A stretch of DNA of 64,000 nt from Adineta vaga (Eukaryota; Animalia; Rotifera). Positions 1-15,612 of this stretch are shown one piece after another; the stretch's first letter is position 1; each line of letters opens with the position of its first letter. A program made the position numbers and the translations under genes. The stretch spans positions 11,470,001-11,534,000 of the forward strand of contig CP075496.1 in NCBI GenBank assembly GCA_021613535.1, given 5' to 3'. The notes beneath the pieces are model-generated. The model had not been told where the DNA came from. It made no database searches and was given only the letters and a program-made list of their open reading frames with translations.

Positions 1-61
1 ACAAATAAAAACAGAATACAAATCTTTAAAATGGAGATTCTGATCATAATTTTATTTTCAG

Positions 62-3213
<3,152 letters not shown>

Positions 3214-3955
3214 GTTTATTTATGTTTCTTTTTTAAAATTTGAATGTTTATTTCCTGTATTGGTGATTATTCTCTCCTGTCATTTTGAACAGAAAGAAAA
3301 ATAAAGAGCCGTTGACTTTTTACTTTTTAAATATCATTTATGTGTGTTTATTTCTGTTTTGTTATATCATTGATTGCAATACACATTTTATTTACATCTC
3401 TTTATCACTGTGGGATTAAGATATATATATAATCAATAAATAGATACATGTGCGTTTTAACAATCGAGCTTATTTATATATAATCCTGAACATTATCTGA
3501 AGAATAATTGCATAGAAGAAAGTGAATTTATTATGCAATAGATTTCTATTAGAGAACGATGACTAGATCAAAGATAGTTTTGATTGAATACTTGATAATT
3601 GAATAATTAGCTTTAATTAAATTTGTCAATATCTATCGATGTATTAAGTCGAATTGAATTTATTTTTTTGAAAAGAATTAGTTTTTCTGTCTGTTGAACA
3701 CGTTGCACAAAAGAAAGGAGAGTCAATTTGTCTAAGAGTATTCGAACAATACAACAACAATGTTTATACAAAAGAAAATCAAGGGTGAATAGTATTAGAT
3801 TAATCACCACAATTATGAGTTTCTCTACAGCAAAACAAAAAAGACGATGACAGAAATTCATTCTCTTTGAATTAGAAAGAAAAAAAGGTAAAACTAATTG
3901 ATTAAAAACAAAGAAAACATGAGATTAAGAAAAGAAAAACAAAAAATTATCTTGA

Positions 3956-6900
3956 CTAGTTGTTTGCCGTAACATTAGCTGTTGCACTTGAGACAACTTC
4001 CATCCATCTAAAGAATTTTCATGGTAAATTTCAATGAAAAAGAGAAAATTTATTTACCGATCAAAGGCATATTGACTTTCAGCACGAAAGAAGTAGACAT
4101 GATTTTTAAATTGAAGTTTAAATACAAAATCTTTATTCACACCATCGATTTCTACTGGTAATGAACTACGATAACCCAATAAAGGTAAAGATGCTAATGG
4201 AAAATCATCCTAATAGAAAGAAAATTTCGTTCGATAATCATTTTTTTTCTCAAAATAATGTATCAATTTACTTGATAAGTTTTATAAAAGAATAAACAAA
4301 AATTCGTAAACACCACCCATAATTTTTGCCAACCATTTGAATTTTTAAATTTTCGTAATAAATATCCACTTAATTGATTTTTTATTGATTGTTGATGATT
4401 ATCCATTGATACTGAAAGATTTCGATGCCAACATACATGCATGGTTGTATTTGCACGATGTTGAATACAAGATCGTTCCATTGGATGCAAATTTTCCTCT
4501 TCTAATGTTCCAACAAATGAATGATCAAGATTTTCCGATGATGCTGAACAAAATCACGTATATAATATATATATATCCTTGCAAAAATGCATCATACCAT
4601 TCGATTTTAATGTAGATGTATATTGATTTTTCTGTTCTTCAGAAGTTATCTTGATATTTTCAATAGCTGTATTCAAATCATTTAACCATTTATGTTTTTC
4701 ACTTTCCGAACTAGAAGAACGAAATTACATACAGACTAGTACGAAAATTTATTGAATATACCTTGCAGCTACGAGTAATGATCGTGTACCAGTATGAATA
4801 GTAATTGAATTTGGAATTTTCGTTCGTTCATCACTATCTTCTACCTAGAATCATAAGAATAGAATTTCAACTGATCAAATATAGATTCAATACGAACGTT
4901 CATCAATTTTAATGGAAGTTCACCGTGTAATTTAAACTGTAAAACTGGACTTGAACCCCGAGCACAATAAAGTAAAACATCAGAGAACTAAAAATAGACT
5001 ATGTTAATTTTCAAGAAGACAAATGAAGTAGTTCTTACAAGAAAAAACATTCGTTGTTGATAACCTTTTCGTGATAATTTTTGTAAACAACCTTCACGTA
5101 TAAATAACTAAATAGAAGTAAATTGAGATCACATGTTTTCAATTCAAAATTTCTTACTCGATCGTGTAGGATAGATAGATTATCTACACCAATCAAATCA
5201 CGTTGAAGTTCAATTAATTTCTGTCGATTTTGCTAGAAAAGAAAGACATTATGAAACTTCTATGAACAAAAAGAAAGAGAATCAAAATTATACTAAGAAT
5301 GTTAATGATTCTGTAAAATTTTCAATAAGATCTTGAATTTTAATATAAATTCCATAACAATCTTGATAATCGATATCATGATTATTATGTCTATAATAAA
5401 CAAGTAATTCTAAAATAAGGAAACAATTGATTAATACAAGAAAAGATTGGCAATGTATAAATCGTTACTTTCAAGTAAACTTCCATAATGTAATAATCGT
5501 TGTAATGGTTTAAGTAGAAATGAAATAATTGATAAATAACAAAATTTTTGAGATTCAAATTCTTTATAAATCATATCAAAATGTCGATTATGTTTGAGGA
5601 TATATTCAAGTTCATTTAATAGATGTTCATAATTTTCGATGTAATTTTCATATTTCTAGAAAACAACAAATATTTATATGAAATAAAACTTTAATTATTT
5701 ACTGGAAAAATTTCCATCAAATTCATAATTAAATCACCGATATGTTGATTTGTTTTATCTCCATTTAAACATTCATTACTTGCAACTGAACGAGTTTCCC
5801 TATAAAGAATAAATTTGATGATATGCATCAGAAAATTCATGTCTTCATACCAAACAGATATTCTTTGTTCAAGTTGCCGAAGAAATTGACTATGAAAATT
5901 ATAAATCGGAACTAAATGTGTAAATAATAAATCTGATAAATTCACTAATGAATCATGTTCTGAATGAAACGATTGTTGAATCATATCATCAGTATCATTT
6001 AAATTATATAAATCATTTTGTTGATTGATAATCAACATTAATTCACGACGAAAACTATCCGCAATGACTTCAATATCTTTTTTATAAGTTCGTTCAGTCA
6101 TTAATAATTCTTTGCAGATGAAAAATGCACGATCATGAATAGATGAGATGATCATTGTTGATGAAACAGATGTCGGAAAGATAACTGGTGCAGTAGGTGG
6201 TAGAACGGTACCAATTAATCGCTAAATAAATTATCCTTTAGTGAATCAATGACATTTAATCAAGGAGAAATATCATACCGGAATACCAGCAACTGCTTGT
6301 GTCATTTGATATGATGTGGAAGGGATTATTTTCGATGCTAAATTTCAAACAAAAAGATTGAGAAACTGTTCTTTAATTAATTCATTTCAAACGTAAGAAT
6401 ATCACGAATGTACTCGACATCTGTATATATTTACAGATCAATTTTAATGAGAATCTAAGGAAAAGATGGAAACCATCTGATAATCAATGATAAGATCTAC
6501 ATAGATTATTCAGTCGAATGGAACAAGACATGGGTACATTTTGTAATTCAACTTCTATCTAGTTTGTATTATTTTATGAATACATACGTGATTGATGATG
6601 TGTATTCGTTATTGCTCTTGATTCGATTTTATTTAAATTTATCGTTGTTGAACAATATTCATGAATAATTGGTGCTGTATGAGACTATGATAAACAAAAG
6701 AAGACATTAGATTTCACTGATTCTTTTTTTTGTCCTTGATTTTTCTTTGCTTCTAAGAACTTACTTTATCATTATCATCGATAATTGGATCGTCTTTTTT
6801 ATTCAATGAAAGTAGCGGTATATTTTCAGTAATTGAAGATCTTAAAAGAAGAATTGGTTTTTACTAAGTTCTAATCATTTTACTCTTATTATTCATTACC

Positions 6901-9900
6901 TTTTCGTAGGACTATTCATTTCAATATTCTCATCATATTGTTTATGTAAACTTAATCTTTTTGCAACAGAAATTAATTGTTGTTCAATATTAGAAGATTT
7001 TCGTGGTGGAGTTTGATTTATTTGAGATGGTATAGGTCGATGATTATTAACAAATCCACTAATTTCTCGTCGATGTTGATCATTTGTTACAATTGAATCT
7101 CCTGTAATTAAGAATAAAATTGATTCAAGTTTAAAGATCTCTTTTCATTTATATTCACTGTCTTCAATAAATCTGATCGGATTGATTATTTCTGTAGATT
7201 GTTTTCTTTGCTATTATTCTCTATCGCATTTATTTTCTTTCGTAATACATTATTTTCCAGAACGAGTTTCAACACGATACAAAAAAAGACAGAGAGAGAG
7301 AGAAAGAGAGAAAATCTTCACATATACGCATACAATTGTCAAGTTAAGCGAAACAACAAACAATTTATTATTTAGCATACAAACAAAAATCAGGGATATC
7401 ATCTAAACGTACGGATATATATATATATATATTATTTATTAATATAGAGACAAACAAACAGAAAGCGCGTACTGTTTACAAAGATAATCATAAGTCGCCG
7501 GGTTGAGTTATATGTTTGTTTATTTTTTTTCCAAAGAAAAAAGAAAGAAAGAGTGAACCGAATCATAATATAAGATAATCTATTACTACTATCTAACCCT
7601 CACTCGTTCTCATTCGCAATTCTTTTGTTTTGACTAACTAAATAAAGGCAAACACACCCACACACACACACATATATCTATATATATCCCTGATGATGTC
7701 AAAAAAAAAATAGAATTCCATGATCAACAGAAGAAAAAAGAACTACTACTCATATTCTTACTTACTTAAAATAGAAAGCGAAAATTAGTTTTTTTCATTA
7801 ATGATAAGACTAGAAGGAAAAAGAAAGAAAATCTGTACAAATTCAATAGAATAGATATGCCTAAAAGAGTAACAATATAATGACTAGGGAAAAACTGAAT
7901 GAAGAAGAAGAAAAATTTTAGTAGAACATGAAAAGAGAAAACCAAGAAGAGATCTATTCACTTGTTATGATGATGACGGTGAACAAAAACGGAACGAAAA
8001 CCCGCAGCTTTATTTAAATGATTTGAAAGTGAATCATCGCTTGAAGAATTGAGATTTTCATTTGAACGATGTTTTTGTTGTTGTTGATGGCGTCGTTGAG
8101 TACGCAATGGTGGGGGTGGAGGTTGAGATAGAGGAGATATAGGAGATGAAGCAGTCAGTTTTGGACTCGATGCAGTTGCTGGAATAATACAAGTTTTCAA
8201 ACTCGTACTTATCGATATTGTTGGATTTGAATCGGAATCATCACTAAAATCGAGTAGACGTGCGGATAATGGACGTTGATAGCGTTTCGATTGATTATCA
8301 AGAATAGGTGGACATGGAACATGCATAGATGATGCGTAAGATGATACAGATGAAGCACGAGAAGAACGCGTTGATGATGAAGATGAAATAACATTAGGAA
8401 CAGTAGAAGAATGAATAAAAAGAGGTGGAAGAGAAACAGAAGATTGTGATGGAGCTATATCATTCGAGACAATATTAAAAAATTTCAATTTAGCTTCAGA
8501 AAATGTCGAAAAATCGGAGCGTTGCAAGTCATGTAGATTATTTCCACTTGGATATGCTGCAAAACATGTTTGAGCAGCTAATTTACGACTGACATCAGTC
8601 CAATCTGTTGTTGTAGTAAATGCTGGACTTGATTTCGTGCGTAAACGTGAAACAAGATTGTTAGCATCATGTTCATTATCATTATTCGTATCAGTTTTTC
8701 CAGTTCGTAGAATACATGATTTATGATGAGGTATATGACAAGATCCAGCAAACATTTGCGCTCGACGTTCTAACATATATTGAGTCAATGCGCGTGAACA
8801 TGCTTGTTCGACAAGACGATCGACAGTAGCTAATAGTTGTCTTTCTTCTTCGACGATTTGTCTGAGAATTGATTCAATTATTTGTCGAGCTAATTCAATT
8901 ACATCTTCGGGAGTTTCTTTGTCAGACAATGGAATAGTTTGATCATTTGCGATTGTATCATCTTGCCATGAGAGACTATTGACTGATGGTAATGTACGTC
9001 GATCAATATATTCAACGTAATCTGTCATACGTGGTAATGAATGTGGTTTTGAACGAATTTCTAGAACTATTGGTGGTGATACATTTCGTAATGAGATATC
9101 TTCATGAGTATCGTTGATTTTCGAACCAAGTAAACGTTCGATTAATGGTGGTTCTAAGATAGATGATGAGGAAGATGAGGGTGAATTTGATGGTGAATGA
9201 GTTAAATCTAACGATAATGCCCGTTGACTTTGCAATGAATGTGAACGTTGTTGTTGTTGTTGTTGTTGTTCTTGATTTTGATTTGGTAAATCATTAGATA
9301 TCGGAGTAATACATATAGAATGAGATCCACCGGATGAATTTCGCGTATTTAAATACATTTTTAACGATGCTGAATAGCGTTTTACTAGTTCATTCTCATT
9401 TGATTTCTCTGATTCATCTTCTTTCCTCTGATTATTATTATTGTTATTATTATGATAAATTTCTAAGCATACTCGATTTTCTTTTTTATGATTCGATTCA
9501 CTGTAATCTTCTTCTTCCTCTTCATCATCATGAAAGTTTTTACGAAGAATATTTTCTACACCCGGCGACTTACCTTTATCTAATTCATTCGATTCACTAG
9601 CATATTTGGAATTTATCGATTGTTCAATGTCAATATTATCTTGGGAAGGAACAGTTATTTCCGGTTGTGATTGTGACAGTGGTGGTGGTGGAAGCGGTGG
9701 AGATGAGGCGGAGAACGATCCATTTGTTCGTTTTTCTGTCGATTCATCCTCTGGATTTTGGACATTTTCTTTGTCTTTATTATCTTCATCATCAGTATTT
9801 TCGTCATCTGATAAATCGTATTTATCTCGACTAAATCTTGAATCTAATGTTCGACTACCATGTGTTGATGAATCATCATGATAGACTTGCTGATAAACAT

Positions 9901-12043
9901 CATTTGGTGTTGTAGAAATTATTGCATCCGTATTTGCACTTTCTCCTATTGTAGTTGTTGTTGTCATGATTAATGTTTGATTTGTTATTGGAATTCCAAT
10001 TGGACGTGTTTGATAACGAGAAGAATCTGCTGATGATACGTTTGTATCTTGACTTCGCATTGTATCAGATGTTCGAAGTGCTGCACCAGGTGAACGATGT
10101 GAACGAGTACTTGGTGGTGCTACTGTTCGAGTATTGGAATACGATCTAAGAGAACAAAATAATATTATGATAAAAAAAAGAATGATTGAATGTCATTTTT
10201 CGAATGTTTTACCGATCAAATGTTCGACTTTTAACATAATGTTCACGTGCATATTCCGTCATTTCCTTTTGTGTTCGACCATTATATCGAAATGATGAAC
10301 CACGTGTTAATAGTCGAGTTCTTGAACGTGATGTTCGTTTAATAGTTACACAGCGAAAGAAAGCATGATATTCAATACATTTTTTCCAAAAATTTTTACA
10401 TTCATCACGTGTATGGAAATAAAATTCTACTGTATCTTTATAATAGCCCTTTGAATAGAAGAAGAAAAGGAAGGATTGTTTTGCTTTCCTTCAAATCAAT
10501 CAAACTTACATATCCTTCAGGTTGTAATTTGATAAGAAATTTTTTTCGTTTAAAACTTAATTTACGAATTTTTGCCCATGAAAACGTATTAATTTTCGTT
10601 ATATTTTGAAAGACAAGGATTCCCATATGCGCAACAGATAAATTAAGATTGACTTGTTCATGATCTTTAGCCGGATGCATTTTTATGCCATATAATTCAA
10701 CTTTCCGAGCGATATCAAGTAGATTAAGATCGGCATCAGCAGGAAATTGACCGCTTTAATTAACGAAAAAAAAACAGGATATATTTCGTTTATTCAAACG
10801 ATTTCTCTTGACATGAAAACTTACATATGATTCTTATGAAAATTCATTATACGAATTTCATTTTCAGCAGTTTGATGAAGAAAAAATTTTCTCCCACCAA
10901 GATAACTTGGATTATTATTATATGATTCCAGATAATCACCAATTTCCGCTAGAATAAAATTCAATTATACAAAAAAATGTCAAATTATCTTCTTTATCTC
11001 GATCTTCCCGTTTACCTTGAACGATATAAGAGGCAAGTAAAGCAGCAGTATTGTCACTACATAGTAGTGTACCAATATGAAGATCACGTTTAATTTGTAG
11101 CGCAAAGAGATACCTAAAAAGGAAAGTATTCAATAAGAAACAAGAGACTAAGATATTTTCGTGATTAAGAAAATTGAATTAGGATTTCGTCTTAGTCAAG
11201 GTTTTACTTGTTGATAAAGAGAGCAAATTGCATACTTGCCTCAGGGTGAATAAAGATTGAATGACGAAATAAATAAATAAGTAGGATACTTAAGAAAAGA
11301 TTTTTTACCTGGTAAATTCTTCTTCCAATTGTCCAGGATCTGGTGTATAAAATTTAACACAAAACGAAAATTTCGTGTCTGTAACTTGTTTAAGTACAGG
11401 TTTATCCATTTCCAACCAACACTAAATAAAAATAAATAATCAATATTATTTATCTTCTCTTTCCTTTCCATGTAATACATACAGCATTTCGATGGCTATC
11501 AAGGTATTCAAGCGCAAAATAATCAGTTTCCAGTAAATCAATAAAGTTACAAACAATTGTAAACAATTCTTGTCCAGTTGCTTTTGGCTAGAAAGAAAAA
11601 CGCAAACAATGTTTATAATGAAGCTCTTGAATCACTCAAGCAAATGTATAGATCGAGAGTAAATACAGATGAGACTTGTTTCTTCTGATAATAACTTCCA
11701 ATGTCATCATCATCATCTGAATCATAATGATGATGATAGACGTGTGGATCTGTATTTGTATGCAATAAGCAATTAACCTCGACCATCGTTGGAAAAGGCC
11801 ATTGCAAACACATACACAAATACGAGACTCCTATCTAGTGTTTCTGTTTTGACAAACTCATCATACAGTTGTTGACTATGATTGATAGCGCTTGATGTTA
11901 AATCGGGTACAAAATGACAAAAACTTCTGTGACATTTATTGGATACTTACATCAATATGAAATGGTAATTCTCGATCGTCGAGCATACGAACTTTACATG
12001 ATATTTGTTTGGCAGTTTTGGCTTTTGTCATTGTTGAACTCAT
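3956..12043 (-). CDS. FARP2: FERM, RhoGEF and PH domain protein (FARP1/2, Cdep-like), long isoform
   Basis: ATG 12043 ([23 protein letters not shown]). FERM exons ([32 protein letters not shown]), DH domain ([18 protein letters not shown]), PH1 ([20 protein letters not shown]) and PH2 ([33 protein letters not shown]). Phase-1 donor at 9574/9573 joins the phase-1 acceptor near 7102. TAG at 3956-3958. Confidence 0.9.
7491..7503 (-). promoter_or_regulatory. Element perfectly complementary to the FARP alternative 5' splice site (candidate long-range RNA pairing)
   Basis: Plus 7491-7503 taagtcgccgggt is the exact reverse complement of plus 9560-9572 acccggcgactta, which covers intron positions +2 to +14 of the donor. 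Confidence 0.55.
7958..9573 (-). CDS. Alternative terminal exon extension of FARP (FERM-only isoform with long disordered tail)
   Basis: The frame stays open for about 540 codons past the AAG|GTAAGT donor at 9574/9573, to TGA at 7958. Ser/Pro/Gln-rich, with a helical [17 protein letters not shown] segment. Confidence 0.7.
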
Positions 12044-12368
12044 TGAAGAGAAAATCCGTTGTTTATATATGTATATGTTTGTTAGTGTTATTGCGTGTTT
12101 ATTGTTATTCTAATTATTAATATTAGGAAAGTTTGCTTTGTCTTTGTCGATTGTTTATTTTCAATCGTTAATAATGTTGAAATCCGAATTTATCGTGGAC
12201 GGATAACATATGGACAAGAAGAAAGACAACAGCTGAATTCCATCGTTGTCATCGTTCAAAGTCAATGATTTGTTTGTCCTAGTCGCGCGATGGTAGTAGC
12301 TCTCGATGCATCATCGTCGTCGTCATCACCATCATCTTTATGATCATCTTATCTAGAAGAAACATTCC

Positions 12369-12396
12369 ATATATTTATATATATATATATATATAT
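12369..12396. repeat. (TA)n microsatellite
   Basis: atatatttatatatatatatatatatat seen directly, upstream of FARP. Confidence 0.8.
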
Positions 12397-13243
12397 GTAA
12401 ACTAAAACCATCTATCTGTTTGTCGTCATCATCATTGTCGATGTTCATGACTTGTATGAGGAGTCATGGTCGACGCATATATACAAGAATCCCTCGCGTT
12501 TGTTTTAATAACGCATCACTTTTTCTCTGCTCTTTCTATATACAAATCACATGTTGAACAGGCTAACCCTCTACTGTGTCTATTGAAACTTGTTATCAGT
12601 AAGAATAATAATGATGACGAAAGTATAGAATACATATGAAGCAAAACCATAGAAATGTTGAAAAAATTCCTTACCACTTCAGATACACATATATTCGAGG
12701 GAATAAAGATATGAATAAGCAGGCCTGTCGGAAAGGCAAGAAGATAAAAAAAGACAAGACAATTAATCGATTAAATAAATGATTAATAACAGAAGAAGAA
12801 AAAAAAAAGAAGCATCGAATACAGATTTTTTTTCGCTTCACATATGCGTACTCTATCTCATTTTTTCTTTGATACTGACCGATTTTTTTTGTCACTCACT
12901 ATCGTTCTTGCCATTTTCCATTAAATTGTCTATGGCTTTTTTTTGCTTCACGACAATGATGACGACTGACAATCCATCATCTCCTTTCTGGCGGCAATGT
13001 CGTTTGGCTATCGTTTCTTTCTTTCTCTCTTGTTTCTTGTCGTTCTCTCTTTCTCAGTCTCTTTCTTCTTTATCCTCTGTTACTCAAGTAGAAGAGACTA
13101 GGAATAGCAAAGCCAGTCATCGTAATGCATCTCATAGAAAGACAATTGCTCAACATACTAGTTCTTCTTTTCTTTTCTTGATGCATCTTCCTCGATTCCT
13201 CTCTTTTTTTTCTCTTTTTTTGCTTCTTATTTAGCTCTATCGT

Positions 13244-13290
13244 TGATGATAATGATGATGATGATGATCTCTCTCTCTCACTCTCTCACT
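13244..13290. repeat. Compound (GAT)n/(CT)n microsatellite
   Basis: tgatgataatgatgatgatgatgat followed by ctctctctctcactctctc. Confidence 0.7.
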
Positions 13291-14996
13291 GTATAGGCTG
13301 GATGCCTAAACGCATTCTCATCATCATCATCAACCAGCTTCCCTCTCTCCGCTACACGCACATATTAACAGTTGGTTGTACCAAAAGAAATGATGACGAA
13401 GATATGCGCATGTTTCTCTAATCGGCTTCTTTTCATTCTGTCTCTTGCATATTTTGGTCAGACACACATAGAAATAAGAACACTTCGAATGAGATACTGA
13501 TGATGTCGGTTGTAATATATCCTATCAAGTTTTAGGAAAAAAGAAGAAAAAAAAAGCGACATACTACCAAATAATAGACTGTCTAACGCTTCATTCTTTG
13601 TCTATTTTCTGAATCATTGATAATAAATAGATCGACTGAATAGAACAGACTCGCTCGTTCACACATTTTTTTAATGTTTGGCATTTTATTAGAAATAAAT
13701 CGAAGAATCGTTTGACTTTGTAGACAGGCGATAGAGACAGGAAACGAAGCACATTAATGAACCGGATGTCTACTTGGGATCGTTCATCTATTGTTGTATA
13801 CACACCTTTTCGATTTTTTTTGCTACTCATCATCTACATCATCATGTTCTATTTGTCATTAATTTCAACATAAACTTATGCGTATAAAATTCTGTATGCA
13901 AATACGATGTGCACTATGATAATTGAAAAAGAAAACAGAAATATACAATGTTTGATGCTAGCTGATCAAGTATTTCAATAGAAAAATATATAACGTATCT
14001 TGCTATCTTTATTTCTCTTGTTTTATTCCCAAGATAGAAACGAGTCTCTCTATTTCTATTATGAAAAAAAAATCATGCACAAATATTGTAATATTTCACA
14101 ATTTGTTGGTTTCTTCCGGCTCTTTTCACCAAAGAATATGAAGCTCAAGAAATGTCAACAGACATTAAAGATGTCAGCTTTTAATTGAAACTAGTTCATC
14201 TTCTGTTCAAATATGTTGTTTTTTTTCTGTCTCTCTTCACATTCCATATACATGCATGTTCATATGCTGGATGATTTTACTGATTGATGTTAACTGTTAA
14301 TAAGCATTTACGCGCAAAACAAAAGTATGAGAATACTAGAATAGATAGAATACTTCGTCTTATTAATCGACAACATACAACGCCGCAACATATTCACTCA
14401 ACATGCTAGATGTGTTGCTCTAATTCAATTAATTATTCAATCCAAATACATTTTCACTCTTTCTTCCTTTCTTTCTTTCTATGTTTCTTTCCACATTCAT
14501 TGCTACATTTCATTTCGTTCGATTTTTCTCTCTCTTTTGATTTAATAAAAAAAGACATTCGATCGAGAAATTGACTTCTTTCAAAGAATTAAGACGAAAA
14601 ACAACATTGATGTTCGCTTACCAATTGAAAAATATTTGTCTTAATAAACATCTTCACCAAAAGAAAAATCGTACTCAACTTATTCAATTTCCTTCTATAT
14701 TGTCAAAATGTATATAATACTTAAGATGACAGTTACTGAGCAATTAAAGGAGAGAAGAGAAAAGCAGGAAGAATGCAACAATGACAAATCTTCGAAAAAA
14801 AAGGAACAACTATGTAAATAAACAGTATCATGCTATGATACAAAAACAATAAAAATCTCTTAATGGTTCCAGTTTCGACCAATGATAGAAGCGATATGAA
14901 AAATATCTCTGATTGGTTGAAGGAAAAGAAAACCGAGTAAACAACAGATTTATAGTGTGTTGAGATTTGGTTTTATTTTTCAATTAAATAAAGATT

Positions 14997-15612
14997 ATGT
15001 CGAATTTACCGACAACATTTTTAACACATTCACAACGTGTTTGTCGATTATATAAATCCTTATTTGTTCTCGCTCGTCGAGAACATTGGCCTGACAGGTT
15101 AAATTTTCCAAAATCAAAAACAAAACTTTCAAACTAACACATTTTTCTGTAGGTTAGCCTATCGTCAACGTATGGTAGAATATCGTGCACGTCTTGATGC
15201 TAATAAAAATGTTCAAGATTTAATGAGAGCAAAACGATTATTAATTGCAGGAGAAGAAGAATTAAAGAAAGCAATGTATTGGCATACAGAAAATTTTAAC
15301 TGTAAGAATTTTCATTGAAATCTAAAATTCAACTGATGTCAAAATTTGATTTTCTTTAAGTTCCTGAATCACCCTCTGGCATTGCAGAAGGTCGATACCC
15401 TACACCTGACGATTCTGTAAGTATTGATCTGTTTCCTAAATTCTTGTATTATAACTTCTACTTTTTGTGATAAAAAAAAGGCACTTGATTCATGGCATCC
15501 ATTGGAAAAAGCTCAATATCCAACATATTTTGCTACACGTGAAAAACGAAAGAAAGCTTATATGGAATGGTATCTTAAACGATATGGTGTTCCAGATCCA
15601 CCAATGATGTAA
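14997..15612 (+). CDS. NDUFB9: NADH dehydrogenase 1 beta subcomplex subunit 9 (LYR family), 4 exons
   Basis: Spliced product MSNLPTTFLTHSQRVCRLYKSL...RARLDANKN...LLIAGEEEL...FPESPSG...LDSWHPLEKAQYPTYFATREKRK matches NDUFB9 motifs. Confidence 0.92.

Noticed and set aside
7955-7965. AA|GTGAAT at the end of the 700-aa ORF as the donor linking to the RhoGEF exons
   Set aside because: It is phase 2 while the acceptor near 7102 needs phase 1; the 9574 donor fits.
8209-9881. Overlapping or antisense ORFs here and at 18535, 19040, 31423, 36695, 47741, 49766 and similar
   Set aside because: Shadow frames of real exons caused by codon bias.
12671-14188. Short ORFs upstream of FARP (12779-13234 and others)
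   Set aside because: Phe/Ser/Leu-rich products of pyrimidine tracts and microsatellites; no recognisable motif or exon structure.
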